From contig OZ245046.1 in NCBI GenBank assembly GCA_965224245.1, forward strand, positions 2,944,001-3,008,000: 64,000 nucleotides of DNA. The letters are read 5' to 3'. The DNA comes from Candidatus Eiseniibacteriota bacterium (GTDB lineage: Bacteria; Eisenbacteria; RBG-16-71-46; CAZAMP01). Every line of letters starts with the position of its first letter. Within the stretch, counting starts at the first letter, position 1. Shown one piece after another: positions 18,458 to 28,986 of this stretch. The notes under the pieces are model-generated. The model was not told the origin of the DNA. It saw nothing but the letters and a program-made list of their open reading frames with translations, and did not search any database. The position numbers and the translations under genes are program-made.

Positions 18458-18907
18458 TCAGCTGAGACTCTTGGTTAAACGACGGCGCGAAAGAGGACTG
18501 AAGCCGGATCGTTCGTAGAGCGCCTGTGCTCGAGGCCTGTGCGGCTCCACTTCGAGATGAAGAGCCCGGACACCACATTCGCGGCAGAAAGCCTCCGCCA
18601 CTTCGAGTGCCTGGGACCCGATGCCGAGCGAACGGAAAGGCGCTGAAACATACAGTTCATCGAGGAAGGCGTCGCGGCCACCATACTCGAGGCTGAAACC
18701 AAAGGTCACAGCGAAGTACCCTGCCAAGGTGCCATCCGAGTTGGCGATAACCCAGAGACGTCCAAGGTTGTCGTTGGACTGCAGTTCCTTTAGTGCGGTA
18801 ACGGCAGACTGTGGATCGAAGGAGTAGCGATCGTTCTGATAGTAGCTGGCCTGTAGCTGCGCCACCAACTCGACATCGGCTTCTCTTGCAGGTCGGATGT
18901 GTGGCAT
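18458..18907 (-). CDS. GNAT acetyltransferase
   Basis: LDELYVSAPFRSLGIG, ALYERSGF. Confidence 0.9.
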   Translation of the reverse strand: MPHIRPAREADVELVAQLQASYYQNDRYSFDPQSAVTALKELQSNDNLGRLWVIANSDGTLAGYFAVTFGFSLEYGGRDAFLDELYVSAPFRSLGIGSQALEVAEAFCRECGVRALHLEVEPHRPRAQALYERSGFSPLSRRRLTKSLS

Positions 18908-18926
18908 GAGGCTCTCGCGGAGTGAC

Positions 18927-18994
18927 GCCTAAACATTCCACGCGATGAGCCGCGGGCGCCGAAGGCGACCGACGGCTCCATTGCGCAGTTAGGC
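18927..18994 (-). repeat. attC site
   Basis: GCCTAAAC...GAGCCG...CGGCTC...GTTAGGC. Confidence 0.85.
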
Positions 18995-19001
18995 TGGCGA
19001 G

Positions 19002-19292
19002 TTACGCAGCCGAGTCGAGGTACTCGCGGATGATCCGAGGATGCCTTGCCGCGATGCGCAGAAGCGCAATCGCCGGCCCTTCGGGCAAGCGGCGATCTTG
19101 CTCCCAATTGCGCAGCGTGTGAACGCTGATCCCCATCGCCTCCGCGAACCGCACCTGCGTCAACCCTACGAAACGACGAAGTGCTAGAACATCCGCACCG
19201 GACTCGAACTTGCCAGCCACCAGGCGCTTCCTAACCCGCGCCGGAATGGCTCGCGCCAGCTGTTTTGCACTAAGCTCAGGAATGTCACTCAT
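19002..19292 (-). CDS. XRE/HTH antitoxin
   Basis: LTQVRFAEAMGISVHTLRNWEQDRRLPEGPA. Confidence 0.85.
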   Translation of the reverse strand: MSDIPELSAKQLARAIPARVRKRLVAGKFESGADVLALRRFVGLTQVRFAEAMGISVHTLRNWEQDRRLPEGPAIALLRIAARHPRIIREYLDSAA

Positions 19293-19578
19293 CTTCGTTT
19301 TCCCAGGAATGCCTCATAATGCTCACGCTCACGTCTGGTCGCAGGCCGAACGCTGATGATTCGCAGAACATCCTCGTCTTCTTCGGTCCACACGACCAGT
19401 ACGACACCTCGGTTCTCGGGCCGAGCGCGATGAACCGCTCCTCATCCTCCGAATGACGCTCGTCGAAGAGTTCCAGATAGTCCACCCCGGACGTGAAGAG
19501 CCGGCTCGCCTCCTCGAAGGAGAGCCCGTGCTTGGTGACGTTGGCGCGGTTCTTCTCCTCATCCCATGTGACTTCCGT
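19289..19578 (-). pseudogene. BrnT family toxin, frameshifted near 19412
   Basis: WDEEKNRANVTKHGLSF...ALGP continues in another frame as RGVVLVVWTE..LRIISVRPATRRERE, ending in ATGA overlap with antitoxin. Confidence 0.8.
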
Positions 19579-19585
19579 GTGCAAC

Positions 19586-19617
19586 AATATACGCCATTGG
19601 CTTACTACGTCAATGGC
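19586..19617 (-). promoter_or_regulatory. Sigma70-type promoter with inverted-repeat operator
   Basis: TTGACG-16-TATATT; GCCATTG...CAATGGC. Confidence 0.65.
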
Positions 19618-19632
19618 TTATTTACAGTCTCA

Positions 19633-19731
19633 GCCTAACGTTGCGTTTCAGCAGCGGGCGCCTCTGGCGCGGCCCTGGCTCTGCCAGGGCCGTGACAGAG
19701 GTGATCCGTCCGCTGCAGACGCTTGTTAGGC
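19633..19731 (-). repeat. attC site
   Basis: GCCTAAC..GCGT..CAGCGG...GGCCCTGGC TCT GCCAGGGCC...CCGCTG..ACGC..GTTAGGC. Confidence 0.95.
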
Positions 19732-19785
19732 GACTCCCCACGACACCTCTGATTCTTGCGGGACGCTGCGTTCGCAACTGCACGT

Positions 19786-20184
19786 CTACCTAGGAATACG
19801 TGGATCTGAGTCCGGAATCCGTCGGATCTTCGCATGCACGATGCAGGTTCCCTCAGGAGATCCGAATTGCTTGGGCCGACCGTCACTCTCGGGTGCCTTG
19901 CACACCTCCAGCGTTTCCCCAGCGAAGCGATAGATGGTCAGTTCACGACCTCGAACCCCGAGCACGTGGTGATCTTCCTGCACGTTCGTGAAGCCGGGTG
20001 GGTCAGTCTGAAAGTCCTTGTGCCTGCCGGCGGCGATTCGCACCCCGTTCCGATACGCCTCAAAACGCCCGTCGGAATGAATGCGCTCGATGGTTCCGCC
20101 CAGGTCCTCGGCCTTGCCGCCACGCACATAGGAGACGAGCTCCCACCAGCCGACGAATTCTGATGGCTGTCCGATTCTTGTCAA
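19786..20184 (-). CDS. TIGR03067-like / lipocalin-like hypothetical protein (first cassette)
   Basis: GWWELVS..., IYRFAGETLEVC...RPKQFGS; GAGGAG RBS. Confidence 0.6.
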   Translation of the reverse strand: MTRIGQPSEFVGWWELVSYVRGGKAEDLGGTIERIHSDGRFEAYRNGVRIAAGRHKDFQTDPPGFTNVQEDHHVLGVRGRELTIYRFAGETLEVCKAPESDGRPKQFGSPEGTCIVHAKIRRIPDSDPRIPR

Positions 20185-20207
20185 TGTTCAGCTCCTCAAT
20201 TGTCGCC

Positions 20208-20247
20208 GCCTAACGTATCGAGGCTCACCTGCGAGGCGCGCCTCACA
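20208..20247 (-). other. Array-head recombination site: half attC or attI-like
   Basis: Minus strand CAGGTGAGCC...GTTAGGC with no matching upstream arm. Confidence 0.55.
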
Positions 20248-20427
20248 CCGACGTGTCGCGAAGCTCTCCTCTCCCGATGCCCGGAGGCATCGTGAATCGA
20301 CGAAGAGGAGAGAGAATCAGAGTACCGCCTCGAGCCGGAGTGCCACCGGAGCACCGAGGCGGGGCGTACGCGCCACAGGGGGCCGAACACATGTTACTGG
20401 GCACCGTGCCCAAACCGGCGCTGCCGG

Positions 20428-23109
20428 CTAGGATGGTGCCGACGTCGCCGCGGAGACCCGGAACACCAGCCCTTCTTCATCGCGGTCCAGCCGCACCCGC
20501 GATCCATCCCGGATCTCCCCCGCGATGATCTTCCTACTGATCGGCGTCTCCACCTGCGTCTGGATCACCCGCCGTAGCGGCCGCGCCCCGTACTGCGGGT
20601 CATACCCCCGCTCCGCGAGAAGCTCCCGCGCCTCGGGCGTGATCTCGAGCACGATCCGCCGCTCCGCCAGACGCCGAGCCAGATGGCCGATCTGGATGTC
20701 GACGATCCCGCCGATCTCCGCACGCGCCAGCGTGTGGAACACCACCGTCTCGTCCACGCGGTTCAGAAACTCCGGACGGAAGTGAACCCGCAGCTCGGCC
20801 ATGATCTTCTCGCGCATCGCCTCGTAGTCCTCATCCCCGCGCGAGGAGTGCGCCAGGATCTCGTGACTCCCGATGTTCGAGGTCATGATCAGCACGGTGT
20901 TCCGGAAGTCCACGGTGCGACCCTGCGAGTCAGTGAGGCGACCGTCGTCGAGGATCTGGAGGAACGTGTTGAACACGTCCGGGTGCGCCTTCTCGATCTC
21001 GTCGAACAGCACCACGCTGTACGGGCGCCGCCGCACCGCCTCGGTGAGCTGTCCGCCCTCGTCGTAGCCGACGTACCCGGGTGGCGCACCCACGAGGCGC
21101 GAGACCGTGTGGCGCTCCTGGTACTCGGACATGTCGATGCGAATCAGGTTTCGCTCGTCGTCGAACAGATGCGCGGCCAGCGCCTTGGCCACCTCGGTCT
21201 TCCCCACCCCGGTCGGCCCGAGGAAGATGAACGATCCCACCGGTCGATCGGGATCCTGGATGCCCGCACGCGAGCGCAGCACGGCGTCGGCCACCGCGCG
21301 CACCGCATCGTCCTGACCGACGACGCGCTCGTGGAGGATCGCCTCCAGACCGAGGAGCTTCTCGGCCTCACCCTCCACGAGCTTCGACACCGGGATCTTC
21401 GTCCAGCGCGAGACCACCTCCGCGATGTCGGTGGCGGTCACGACCTCGTGAAGAAGCCGTCCGCGGCCCTCGGCGCCGCCGGTCCCGGCGGCGCCGTCGG
21501 CCCCGGCCTCACCGGACCCATCGCCGTCGGCGGCTCCCGCCTCGGTCTCGTGCTCGGACTCGGCCAGACGCTTCTCCAGCTCGGCCAGGCGCCCGTAGCG
21601 CAGCTCGGCCACCTTGCCGAGATCGTACGCGCGCTCGGCCTGCTCGATCTGGCGGCGCACGTCGTCGATCGCCTTCTTCAGCTCGCCGACCTCGGCCAGC
21701 TTGGCCTTCTCGGCCTTCCAGCGCGCGGTCAGCGTCTCGGCGGTCTCCCGGAGATCGGCCAGCTCGGACTCGAGCGCCTTCAGCCGCTCCTTCGACGCGG
21801 CGTCCTTCTCCTTTCGGAGCGCCTCGCGCTCGATCTCGAGGCGCATCACCTTGCGGCTCACCTCGTCGAGCTCGGTGGGCATCGAGTCGATCTCGGTGCG
21901 AAGCCGCGCCGCCGACTCGTCCACGAGGTCGATCGCCTTGTCGGGCAGGAACCGGTCGGCGATGTACCGGTGGCTCAGCGTGGCCGCGGCCACGAGCGCG
22001 GCGTCGGCGATGCGGACGCCGTGGTGCGCCTCGTAGCGCTCCTTCAGCCCGCGGAGGATCGAGATCGTGTCGGTCACCGAGGGCTCGTCCACCACCACGG
22101 TCTGGAAGCGTCGCTCCAGCGCCGGGTCCTTCTCGATGTGCTTGCGGTACTCGTCGAGCGTGGTCGCGCCGATCGCGTGCAGCTCACCGCGGGCCAGCAT
22201 CGGCTTGAGGAGGTTCGACGCGTCCATCGCGCCCTCGGCGGCGCCGGCGCCGACGACCGTGTGCAGCTCGTCGATGAACAGGATCACGCGACCCTCGGCG
22301 GCCTGGATCTCCTTCAGCACCGCCTTCAGCCGCTCCTCGAACTCACCGCGGAACTTCGCGCCGGCGATCAGCGCGCCCATGTCGAGCGCGGTCAGGCGCT
22401 TGTCCTTCAGCCCCTCGGGCACGTCGCCGTTCACGATGCGGAGCGCCAGCCCCTCGGCGATCGCGGTCTTGCCCACGCCGGGCTCGCCGATCAGCACGGG
22501 GTTGTTCTTCGTGCGCCGCGAAAGGATCTGCATGACCCGGCGGATCTCGTCGTCGCGTCCGATGACCGGGTCCAGCTTGCCGTCCCGCGCCAGCGCGGTC
22601 AGGTCGCGGCCGTACTTCTCGAGCGACTGGTACGTGCTCTCGGGGTTGTCGCTGGTCACGCGCTGGTTGCCCCGCACGCTCGCGAGCGCCCTCAGGAGAG
22701 CGTCGCGAGTGACGCCGGTCTCCGCGAGAATGCGGCCGAGCGGCGTGTTCCGGCCCTCGGCGGTGGCGGCCAGGAGCAGGTGCTCCACGCTGACGTACTC
22801 GTCCTTGAGCGCCTTCGCCTCGTCCTCGGCCTTGGCCAGGAGGCGCAGTGTGCGCTGTCCCATCACGAGATCGCCTGGCGTGCTCGAGAACGTGGGCAGC
22901 GCCTCGACCGCGCGCTCGACCTCCTGGGTGATCGTGTCCACCGGCGCCCCGGTCGCCTCGAGGACGGGGCGGCTGATGCCGCCCTCCGCGGTGATCAGCG
23001 CGAGCATCAGCTGCTCGGGCTCGAGGTGGGTATGGTTGCGTCGAAGCGCAATCGCCTGCGCACTGGACAGCGCTTCGCGCGCGCGCTGGGTGAGTCGGTC
23101 CATGTTCAT
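20428..23109 (-). CDS. clpB: ATP-dependent chaperone ClpB
   Basis: [16 protein letters not shown], coiled-coil middle domain, GARPLRR. Confidence 0.97.
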   Translation of the reverse strand: MNMDRLTQRAREALSSAQAIALRRNHTHLEPEQLMLALITAEGGISRPVLEATGAPVDTITQEVERAVEALPTFSSTPGDLVMGQRTLRLLAKAEDEAKALKDEYVSVEHLLLAATAEGRNTPLGRILAETGVTRDALLRALASVRGNQRVTSDNPESTYQSLEKYGRDLTALARDGKLDPVIGRDDEIRRVMQILSRRTKNNPVLIGEPGVGKTAIAEGLALRIVNGDVPEGLKDKRLTALDMGALIAGAKFRGEFEERLKAVLKEIQAAEGRVILFIDELHTVVGAGAAEGAMDASNLLKPMLARGELHAIGATTLDEYRKHIEKDPALERRFQTVVVDEPSVTDTISILRGLKERYEAHHGVRIADAALVAAATLSHRYIADRFLPDKAIDLVDESAARLRTEIDSMPTELDEVSRKVMRLEIEREALRKEKDAASKERLKALESELADLRETAETLTARWKAEKAKLAEVGELKKAIDDVRRQIEQAERAYDLGKVAELRYGRLAELEKRLAESEHETEAGAADGDGSGEAGADGAAGTGGAEGRGRLLHEVVTATDIAEVVSRWTKIPVSKLVEGEAEKLLGLEAILHERVVGQDDAVRAVADAVLRSRAGIQDPDRPVGSFIFLGPTGVGKTEVAKALAAHLFDDERNLIRIDMSEYQERHTVSRLVGAPPGYVGYDEGGQLTEAVRRRPYSVVLFDEIEKAHPDVFNTFLQILDDGRLTDSQGRTVDFRNTVLIMTSNIGSHEILAHSSRGDEDYEAMREKIMAELRVHFRPEFLNRVDETVVFHTLARAEIGGIVDIQIGHLARRLAERRIVLEITPEARELLAERGYDPQYGARPLRRVIQTQVETPISRKIIAGEIRDGSRVRLDRDEEGLVFRVSAATSAPS

Positions 23110-23134
23110 GTCGAACCTCCGTGCCGTGCTCCGA

Positions 23135-24373
23135 TCAGGACCGGGACGGCGCCGAGACGAGCACGATGACTCGCGGCAGGCCGTGTCCCTCGTCCTTGAC
23201 CGGGATGAGACGAACGGAGAGCGGGTCCCCCTCCGGTCCGGACCCATTCGTCCATGTGAACTGGTCGTCTGTCTTCTCGTGCTGCACGCGCTTGAGGAGC
23301 TCGAGGGCGTCGGGCCCGAGCACCTCGTCGATCCGGTGGCCCTCGCAGTCGTCGGACTCGATCCCGAGCTGCGATCGGAACGTCGCGTTCGCCTGCGACA
23401 CGATCGCGGCCGGGTTCACCAGCGCGACGCCGATCTCCCCGTCGCTCGCGGCCAGGAGCGCGTCGACCATCCGTCGCTCCTCGCGCACGCGCTTGGTCTT
23501 GAGGGTGTCGAACACCCGGAGTCGTCCGAGGGTCCGTCCCAGGCCGCCGGCCAGCGCGTCGGCCTCGTGGAGCCCGGTGCGGACGACGGCGACGTTGTAG
23601 TTGCCGTCGGCCGCCTGGTGGAGGATGCGGCCGAGCACCCCGAGCGGCCGGCGGATGCGCCGCGTGGCCCACACCCCGACGGCGATCGCCACGACGAGGG
23701 CCAGCACGAGACCCAGCGCCGTATTCCGGAGCGCACGGAGTGCGGCCTCCCGCCCCGCCATCTCCGCAGCCCGGGTGAACGCACCGGCGCCCAGGCCTGC
23801 AACCTGGTTCAGCGAAGCCACTTCGGACCGAAGCGCCTCGCACCGGCCCGCCGGCAGGTCGCCGCCCGTGACGGCGCCCGCCTCGGGCGCCAGGTAGCGG
23901 AGCGTCCCGATGCGTTGTACCACGTCGGCGAGGTACGGGTTCGCGTCGGCGAGCGCCCGCACCGGGCTGCTCGTCGCCGGCGCGCCCGCCGCGTCGCCGG
24001 GGCCGCTCGTGGCTGGATGCGTGACCAGTCCCAGAAGCGACACGCGCCGCTCGCCGAGCGCGGTGATGATCTCGCCCACGCGCGCGGCGTCGTCGCACGT
24101 CCGGGCCACCGCGGCCAGCTCGAGCCCGAGAGCATGGATGCGGGTCAGGTCGTGCTGGATTCGCTCGGCGCGAGCATGCTCGGCGCTCTCGGGCGAGCGC
24201 GCCAGCTCGCGCAGGTACAGGAGTCCCATCAGCGACGGGAGCGCCGCCACCCCGAACACCACGCCGAGGCTCAGCGCGAGGATGCGCGAGACCGAGGCCA
24301 GCACCCGCTTGCGGGGCGCCGCGGCCGCGGTCGCGGCCGCCGGGTCGTTCTGCTCGTGGCGTCGGCGGGCCAT
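23135..24373 (-). CDS. Membrane sensor-like protein (2 TM, HAMP, PAS-like) with no output domain
   Basis: TM-periplasmic-TM, [22 protein letters not shown]-like. Confidence 0.6.
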   Translation of the reverse strand: MARRRHEQNDPAAATAAAAPRKRVLASVSRILALSLGVVFGVAALPSLMGLLYLRELARSPESAEHARAERIQHDLTRIHALGLELAAVARTCDDAARVGEIITALGERRVSLLGLVTHPATSGPGDAAGAPATSSPVRALADANPYLADVVQRIGTLRYLAPEAGAVTGGDLPAGRCEALRSEVASLNQVAGLGAGAFTRAAEMAGREAALRALRNTALGLVLALVVAIAVGVWATRRIRRPLGVLGRILHQAADGNYNVAVVRTGLHEADALAGGLGRTLGRLRVFDTLKTKRVREERRMVDALLAASDGEIGVALVNPAAIVSQANATFRSQLGIESDDCEGHRIDEVLGPDALELLKRVQHEKTDDQFTWTNGSGPEGDPLSVRLIPVKDEGHGLPRVIVLVSAPSRS

Positions 24374-24380
24374 CGCGCGG

Positions 24381-25073
24381 TCAGGACCCGGTGGCGCCGA
24401 GCGCGTCGATCCGCTCGGCCGGGCCCATGACGATGAGCACGTCGCCCTCGGCGAGCGTGTCCTCGGCGCCGGGCAGATCGTTGACGACGTTCTCGGTGAC
24501 GTTGCTGCCGTCCTCGGAGACCGCCGGCTCCACACGCTTGACCCCGATGACGTTCACGCCCAGCTCGCGGCGGAAGCCGACCTCGCCGATCGTCCGGCCC
24601 ACCCAGTCGGGCTGCACGCCGATCTCGACCACCTTGCGCCCCGATCGCAGCGTGATGATCTCGCTGAAGTCGGGCGCCACCAGCCGGTTGGCCACCTGAA
24701 CGCCGATCTCGTCCTCCGGAAACACGACCTCGTTGGCGCCGATCAGGGTCAGGATGCGGGCCTGGATCGGCGTGGTCGCCCGGGCGACGATGCGCGGCAC
24801 GCCGATCTGCCGGAGGATCGCCGTGCCCAGGATCGTCACCAGCTGCTGCTCCCCGATGGCCACGACGGCCGCGTCGACCTCGTCCAGGGCGATCCCGCGC
24901 ATGGCGTCCTCGTCGGTCACGTCGGCGGTCACCGCGAGCGCGACCCGGTCGCGGAGACGCGCCACGACGTCGGTGTCGTGGTCGACCGCGAGCACGTCCT
25001 GACCCCGATCGGCCAGCTCCAGCGCCACCCGACTCCCGAACTGTCCGAGCCCCAGCACCGCGATCTTGCTCAT
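24381..25073 (-). CDS. trkA: TrkA/KtrA potassium uptake NAD-binding subunit
   Basis: GLGQFG, RCK_N and RCK_C. Confidence 0.92.
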   Translation of the reverse strand: MSKIAVLGLGQFGSRVALELADRGQDVLAVDHDTDVVARLRDRVALAVTADVTDEDAMRGIALDEVDAAVVAIGEQQLVTILGTAILRQIGVPRIVARATTPIQARILTLIGANEVVFPEDEIGVQVANRLVAPDFSEIITLRSGRKVVEIGVQPDWVGRTIGEVGFRRELGVNVIGVKRVEPAVSEDGSNVTENVVNDLPGAEDTLAEGDVLIVMGPAERIDALGATGS

Positions 25074-25118
25074 CGAGTCGCTCCTCGGCACCGAGCCGGC
25101 CGCCGTCCTCGGCGCGGA

Positions 25119-26789
25119 CTAGCCGACGATCACGTGCCCTTCGGGGTACTGGAAACGAACCGATCGCGCACGCGCGCCGACGGCCAGGACGAGCGTGAGG
25201 GGCCCCACACGACCGAGAAACATCAGTGCGATGATAAGAACGCGTCCGGGGTCGGTCAACGTGCCGGTCACGCCGGTGGAGAGTCCCACGGTGCCGATCG
25301 CGCTGATCGTCTCGAAGAACAGCCCCAGGAACGGCGCCGACTCGGTCCGCGCGAGCACGACCAGCGACACCAGCGCGAGCGCCACCGCCAGGAGCGTCAG
25401 CGCGATCACCTTCTGCACGATCATCCCCGACACGCGTCGACCGAACGCCTCCACCTCGGGGCGCTCGTGGAGGTAGCTCCTCACGGTCAGGACGAGCACG
25501 CCCAGCGTGGTCACCTTCACCCCGCCCCCAGTGGACGCAGGGCCGGCCCCCACGAACATCAGCGCGATCACGACCAGGAGCGCCGCCGGGCCGAGCCGCT
25601 CGGTGGGCAGGGTCTCGAACCCCGCCGTACGCGCCGTCACCGACTGGAACGTGGCGGCGAGCACCTTGGCTCCCGGCGACAGCTCGGCCAGCGCGTGGTC
25701 GAACTCGAGAAAGTACACGACCGCGGCGCCGGCCACGACCAGCACCGCGGACACCGTCAGCGTCAGCCTCGCGTGAAACGACAGCCGCCGCGTCCGCCTC
25801 CCGTGGGCGCGGGCTCGCACGCGTTCCCCGAGCTCGTCGAGAACCGGGAACCCGAGACCGCCCGCGACGATGAGCGCCATCATCACGATCGACACGCCCG
25901 GGTCGCCGGCGAACGCCCGGAGGCTGTCGGAGTAGAGCGAGAACCCCGCGTTGCAGAACGCGGAGATCGCGTGGAACACCGCCGACCACAGCGCCTCCAC
26001 CGGCGGCGCGTATCGCGACAGCACGCCCCACAGGCACACCGCGCCGATGGCCTCGGTCACGAGCGTCCAGACCACCACGTGACGGATCAGTCGCCGCAGC
26101 ACGCCGAGCGACTCGGGCTCCCACACGCCGCTCAGCGCGGCCTCCTCGCGAAAGCCCATGCGCCCCCCGACGAGGATCAGGATGCCGGCCCACAGCGTCA
26201 TGATGCCGAGCCCACCCACTTGGATCAGGACCAGGATCACCGTCTGACCGAGCGGGCTCCAGTGCGTGGCGGTGTCCACGACGATCAGCCCGGTCACGCA
26301 GACCGCGCTCGTGGCGGTGAAGAGCGCGTCGAGCGCGCGCGTCCCGGTGCCCCCGACCGTCATCACCGGGGATGCCAGGAGCGCCCAGCCGAGGAGGATC
26401 AACGCCCCGAACGTGACCACGATCAGGACCGACGGCCGGCGACCCACCGCGTCGGCCGGACGCGAGAACTCGGGCCAGGTGAGCCACGCGCGGGCCGTGG
26501 CCACCGCCTGCGCCACGACGAGCGCGACGTGATGTCCGCGGCCGACCCCCACCAGCGCCAGCACGCCGGCCACCAGGACGAGGTCGACGAATCGCGTTCG
26601 TCGGGAGCCCCGCCGGGCGAGGGCGCCCGCGACCGCGCGCCACGCGAACAGCGCGAGCACCACCGTGATCGCCGCGATCGGGATGGCATCGGGCCAGCCG
26701 TCGAAGCGGTAGTGCCGGACGATCCGGAACCCCGCGGCCGCCGCCCCCACGAGCAAGACCAGCGGGCCGAGACGCGAGGAGGACGGCAC
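25119..26789 (-). CDS. trkH: TrkH/KtrB potassium uptake membrane subunit
   Basis: SAVCVTGL, SAFCNAGF, RTAGF, STGGGVK, GTVGLS. Confidence 0.92.
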   Translation of the reverse strand: MPSSSRLGPLVLLVGAAAAGFRIVRHYRFDGWPDAIPIAAITVVLALFAWRAVAGALARRGSRRTRFVDLVLVAGVLALVGVGRGHHVALVVAQAVATARAWLTWPEFSRPADAVGRRPSVLIVVTFGALILLGWALLASPVMTVGGTGTRALDALFTATSAVCVTGLIVVDTATHWSPLGQTVILVLIQVGGLGIMTLWAGILILVGGRMGFREEAALSGVWEPESLGVLRRLIRHVVVWTLVTEAIGAVCLWGVLSRYAPPVEALWSAVFHAISAFCNAGFSLYSDSLRAFAGDPGVSIVMMALIVAGGLGFPVLDELGERVRARAHGRRTRRLSFHARLTLTVSAVLVVAGAAVVYFLEFDHALAELSPGAKVLAATFQSVTARTAGFETLPTERLGPAALLVVIALMFVGAGPASTGGGVKVTTLGVLVLTVRSYLHERPEVEAFGRRVSGMIVQKVIALTLLAVALALVSLVVLARTESAPFLGLFFETISAIGTVGLSTGVTGTLTDPGRVLIIALMFLGRVGPLTLVLAVGARARSVRFQYPEGHVIVG

Positions 26790-26794
26790 GGCGG

Positions 26795-28921
26795 CTACGT
26801 CTCCGGCCGTGCGTCGACCGGACGCCCCACCAGCCGCACGACGGCGATCACCGCCGCGACGCCGATCCCGATCGACATCCACGCCGGGAGCCCGACCGCC
26901 GACGGCAGGTCCCCGACGAGGATCGCGATCGCGGCGGCGGTCAGCGCGTACGGGAGCTGTGTCCGTACGTGATCCATGTGATCGGCTCCGGTGGCGAGCG
27001 ACGAGAGCACCGTCGTATCGGAGATCGGCGAGCAGTGGTCACCGAACACCGACCCGGCGAGCACGCCCGACACCGCGCCGAGGAGAATGTGCTCGGAGCC
27101 GTTCCCGACCTGGTAGCCGAGCGGCACCACGATCGGCACCAGGATCGCCATCGTCCCCCAGCTGGTTCCGGTCGCGAACGACACGAGCGCGCTCATCAGG
27201 AACACCGCGGCCGGGAGCAGCGCCGCCGGAAAGCGATCCCCGAGCGCGCCGACCAGCACGTCGGCGGTGCCCATCGCGCCGCAGACCGCGCCGATGCCCC
27301 AGGCCAGGACGAGGATCACCATCGCGGTCGTCATCGCCCGCACGCCGTCGACCCAGGCCGACATCGCCTGGGCGAGCGAGAGCGCGCGCCGGCCCACGCC
27401 GAGGACGATGGCCACGATCGATCCCCAGGCCCCCGCCCACAGCAGCGCGGTGTACGAGTCACCCTCGCCGAACGCGGCCGAGATCGTGCGGCCGCCCTCG
27501 GGCAGCGCGTTCCACCCCGTCATCGCGATCCCCAGCAGCGTGACCAGGATGACCACGACGATCGGCGCGAGCGCGTTCGACGCGTGTGCGTGCTCGAGCA
27601 CGTGCGGCGGGACCGCTCCCTCCATCGTGTCGGCCATGGGATCGGCGCCCTCGCGCACGACGCCGTGGCCCCGGCGGGCGCGGCGCTCGGCGGTGAGCAT
27701 CGGTCCGAAGTCGCGCCCGGTCAGGATGACCCCGAGGCCCAGGATGAGCGCGAAGATCGGATAGAACCGGTACGGGATCGAGGCCACGAACACGCCGTAC
27801 GCGTCCCGCTCGACACCGATGCCCGAGAGCGCGCCGGCGATGAGCCCCACCTCGAAGCCGATCCAGGTGGAGATGGGCGCGATGCTGGCGACCGGCGCCG
27901 CGGTGCTGTCGACGAGGAACGACAGCTTCTCGCGCGAGACGCGGAGCTTGTCGGTGAGCGCCCGCATCGTGTTGCCCACGATCAGCGTGTTGGCGTAGTC
28001 GTCGAAGAACACGACGAGGCCCATGAACCACGTCCCGAGCTGCCCGCCGGTGGCGGTGCGCACCCGCGCGGCGAGCGCGCGCACCATGGCCTGCCCACCG
28101 CCTCCCCGGGAGACCACGCCGCTCATGCCCCCGAGGATCAGCGCGATGAACGCGATCGTCACGTGGTCGTCGTCGAACATCGCGCCCACCACGTACGTGC
28201 TCAGCGTGCGGCTGAACGCCGTGACCGGCTGGAGCCCGGAGAGGAGCAGCGCCCCGATGAAGATTCCCGACAGGAGCGACACGACGACCTGTCGCGTGAT
28301 CAGCGCCATCCCGATCGCGATCAGCGACGGCAGGAGCGTCAGCCATCCCGGCCACACGCGCACGTCGAGGGTGTAGCGCGCGCCGTCGACCGAGATCGAT
28401 ACGTCTGCAGGATGGCGGGGCGTGTAGGAGACGTTGGTGCTCTCGCCGACGCGCAGCACGACGTTCGTGACCTCTCCGCCCGCCTCGATCGGTACGCGGA
28501 CGGGCAGGCCGCCCACCTCCTCCTCGTCGACCGCGGGGGTGACCGAGATCGTGATCGGTGCGCCGAGGAACGTGACCGGCGGCGTCTCCAGCGTGACCGG
28601 CATCGCGAGCACGCCGATGCGGGTCAGGGGCAGCCCGGGCTCGGGTTCGGCCACGGACTCCATGTCGTCGTCGAGGGTGGCCGGTGGGATGCCCTGGGCG
28701 CGAACGAGGGTGACGCCGCCGATCGCCAGCGTGAGGAGGACCGAGGCCTGGAGCACGACGTCGAGCAGCCACCCGGTGCGGCGCGGCCCACGCGAGCGCG
28801 GCTCTCGGGCCTGGGTGGCTCTCGGACTGATGGCCGACCTCCGGGTGACGCACGTTCGACAAACGACCGGGAGGGAACCGGCGTTCGGCGTTCGGATGCG
28901 GGACACTAGCACCTCGACCAT
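26795..28921 (-). CDS. NhaC-family Na+/H+ antiporter; start uncertain
   Basis: FFDDYAN, DSTAAP, GTSWGT, GDHCSPISDTT. Confidence 0.88.
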   Translation of the reverse strand: MVEVLVSRIRTPNAGSLPVVCRTCVTRRSAISPRATQAREPRSRGPRRTGWLLDVVLQASVLLTLAIGGVTLVRAQGIPPATLDDDMESVAEPEPGLPLTRIGVLAMPVTLETPPVTFLGAPITISVTPAVDEEEVGGLPVRVPIEAGGEVTNVVLRVGESTNVSYTPRHPADVSISVDGARYTLDVRVWPGWLTLLPSLIAIGMALITRQVVVSLLSGIFIGALLLSGLQPVTAFSRTLSTYVVGAMFDDDHVTIAFIALILGGMSGVVSRGGGGQAMVRALAARVRTATGGQLGTWFMGLVVFFDDYANTLIVGNTMRALTDKLRVSREKLSFLVDSTAAPVASIAPISTWIGFEVGLIAGALSGIGVERDAYGVFVASIPYRFYPIFALILGLGVILTGRDFGPMLTAERRARRGHGVVREGADPMADTMEGAVPPHVLEHAHASNALAPIVVVILVTLLGIAMTGWNALPEGGRTISAAFGEGDSYTALLWAGAWGSIVAIVLGVGRRALSLAQAMSAWVDGVRAMTTAMVILVLAWGIGAVCGAMGTADVLVGALGDRFPAALLPAAVFLMSALVSFATGTSWGTMAILVPIVVPLGYQVGNGSEHILLGAVSGVLAGSVFGDHCSPISDTTVLSSLATGADHMDHVRTQLPYALTAAAIAILVGDLPSAVGLPAWMSIGIGVAAVIAVVRLVGRPVDARPET

Positions 28922-28986
28922 CCGGGCTCAATCGACGAGACGACGCGGGTCTTTCCGCCGCTGATCACGACTGGTAACGTCGTCGG

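Larger units (their letters stand above)
1..20214 (-). mobile_element. Integron-type gene cassette array with no integrase in the window (CALIN-like); continues past left edge
   Basis: About 30 short co-oriented genes separated by imperfect palindromes bounded by RYYYAAC...GTTRRRY; typical cassette cargo. Confidence 0.9.

Noticed and set aside
1-20214. CRISPR array or REP repeats as the explanation for the intergenic palindromes
   Set aside because: Units differ in sequence and length, are separated by whole genes and carry attC boxes; no cas genes
20250-20400. Known riboswitch or tRNA
   Set aside because: No recognisable consensus; kept only as an unexplained structure
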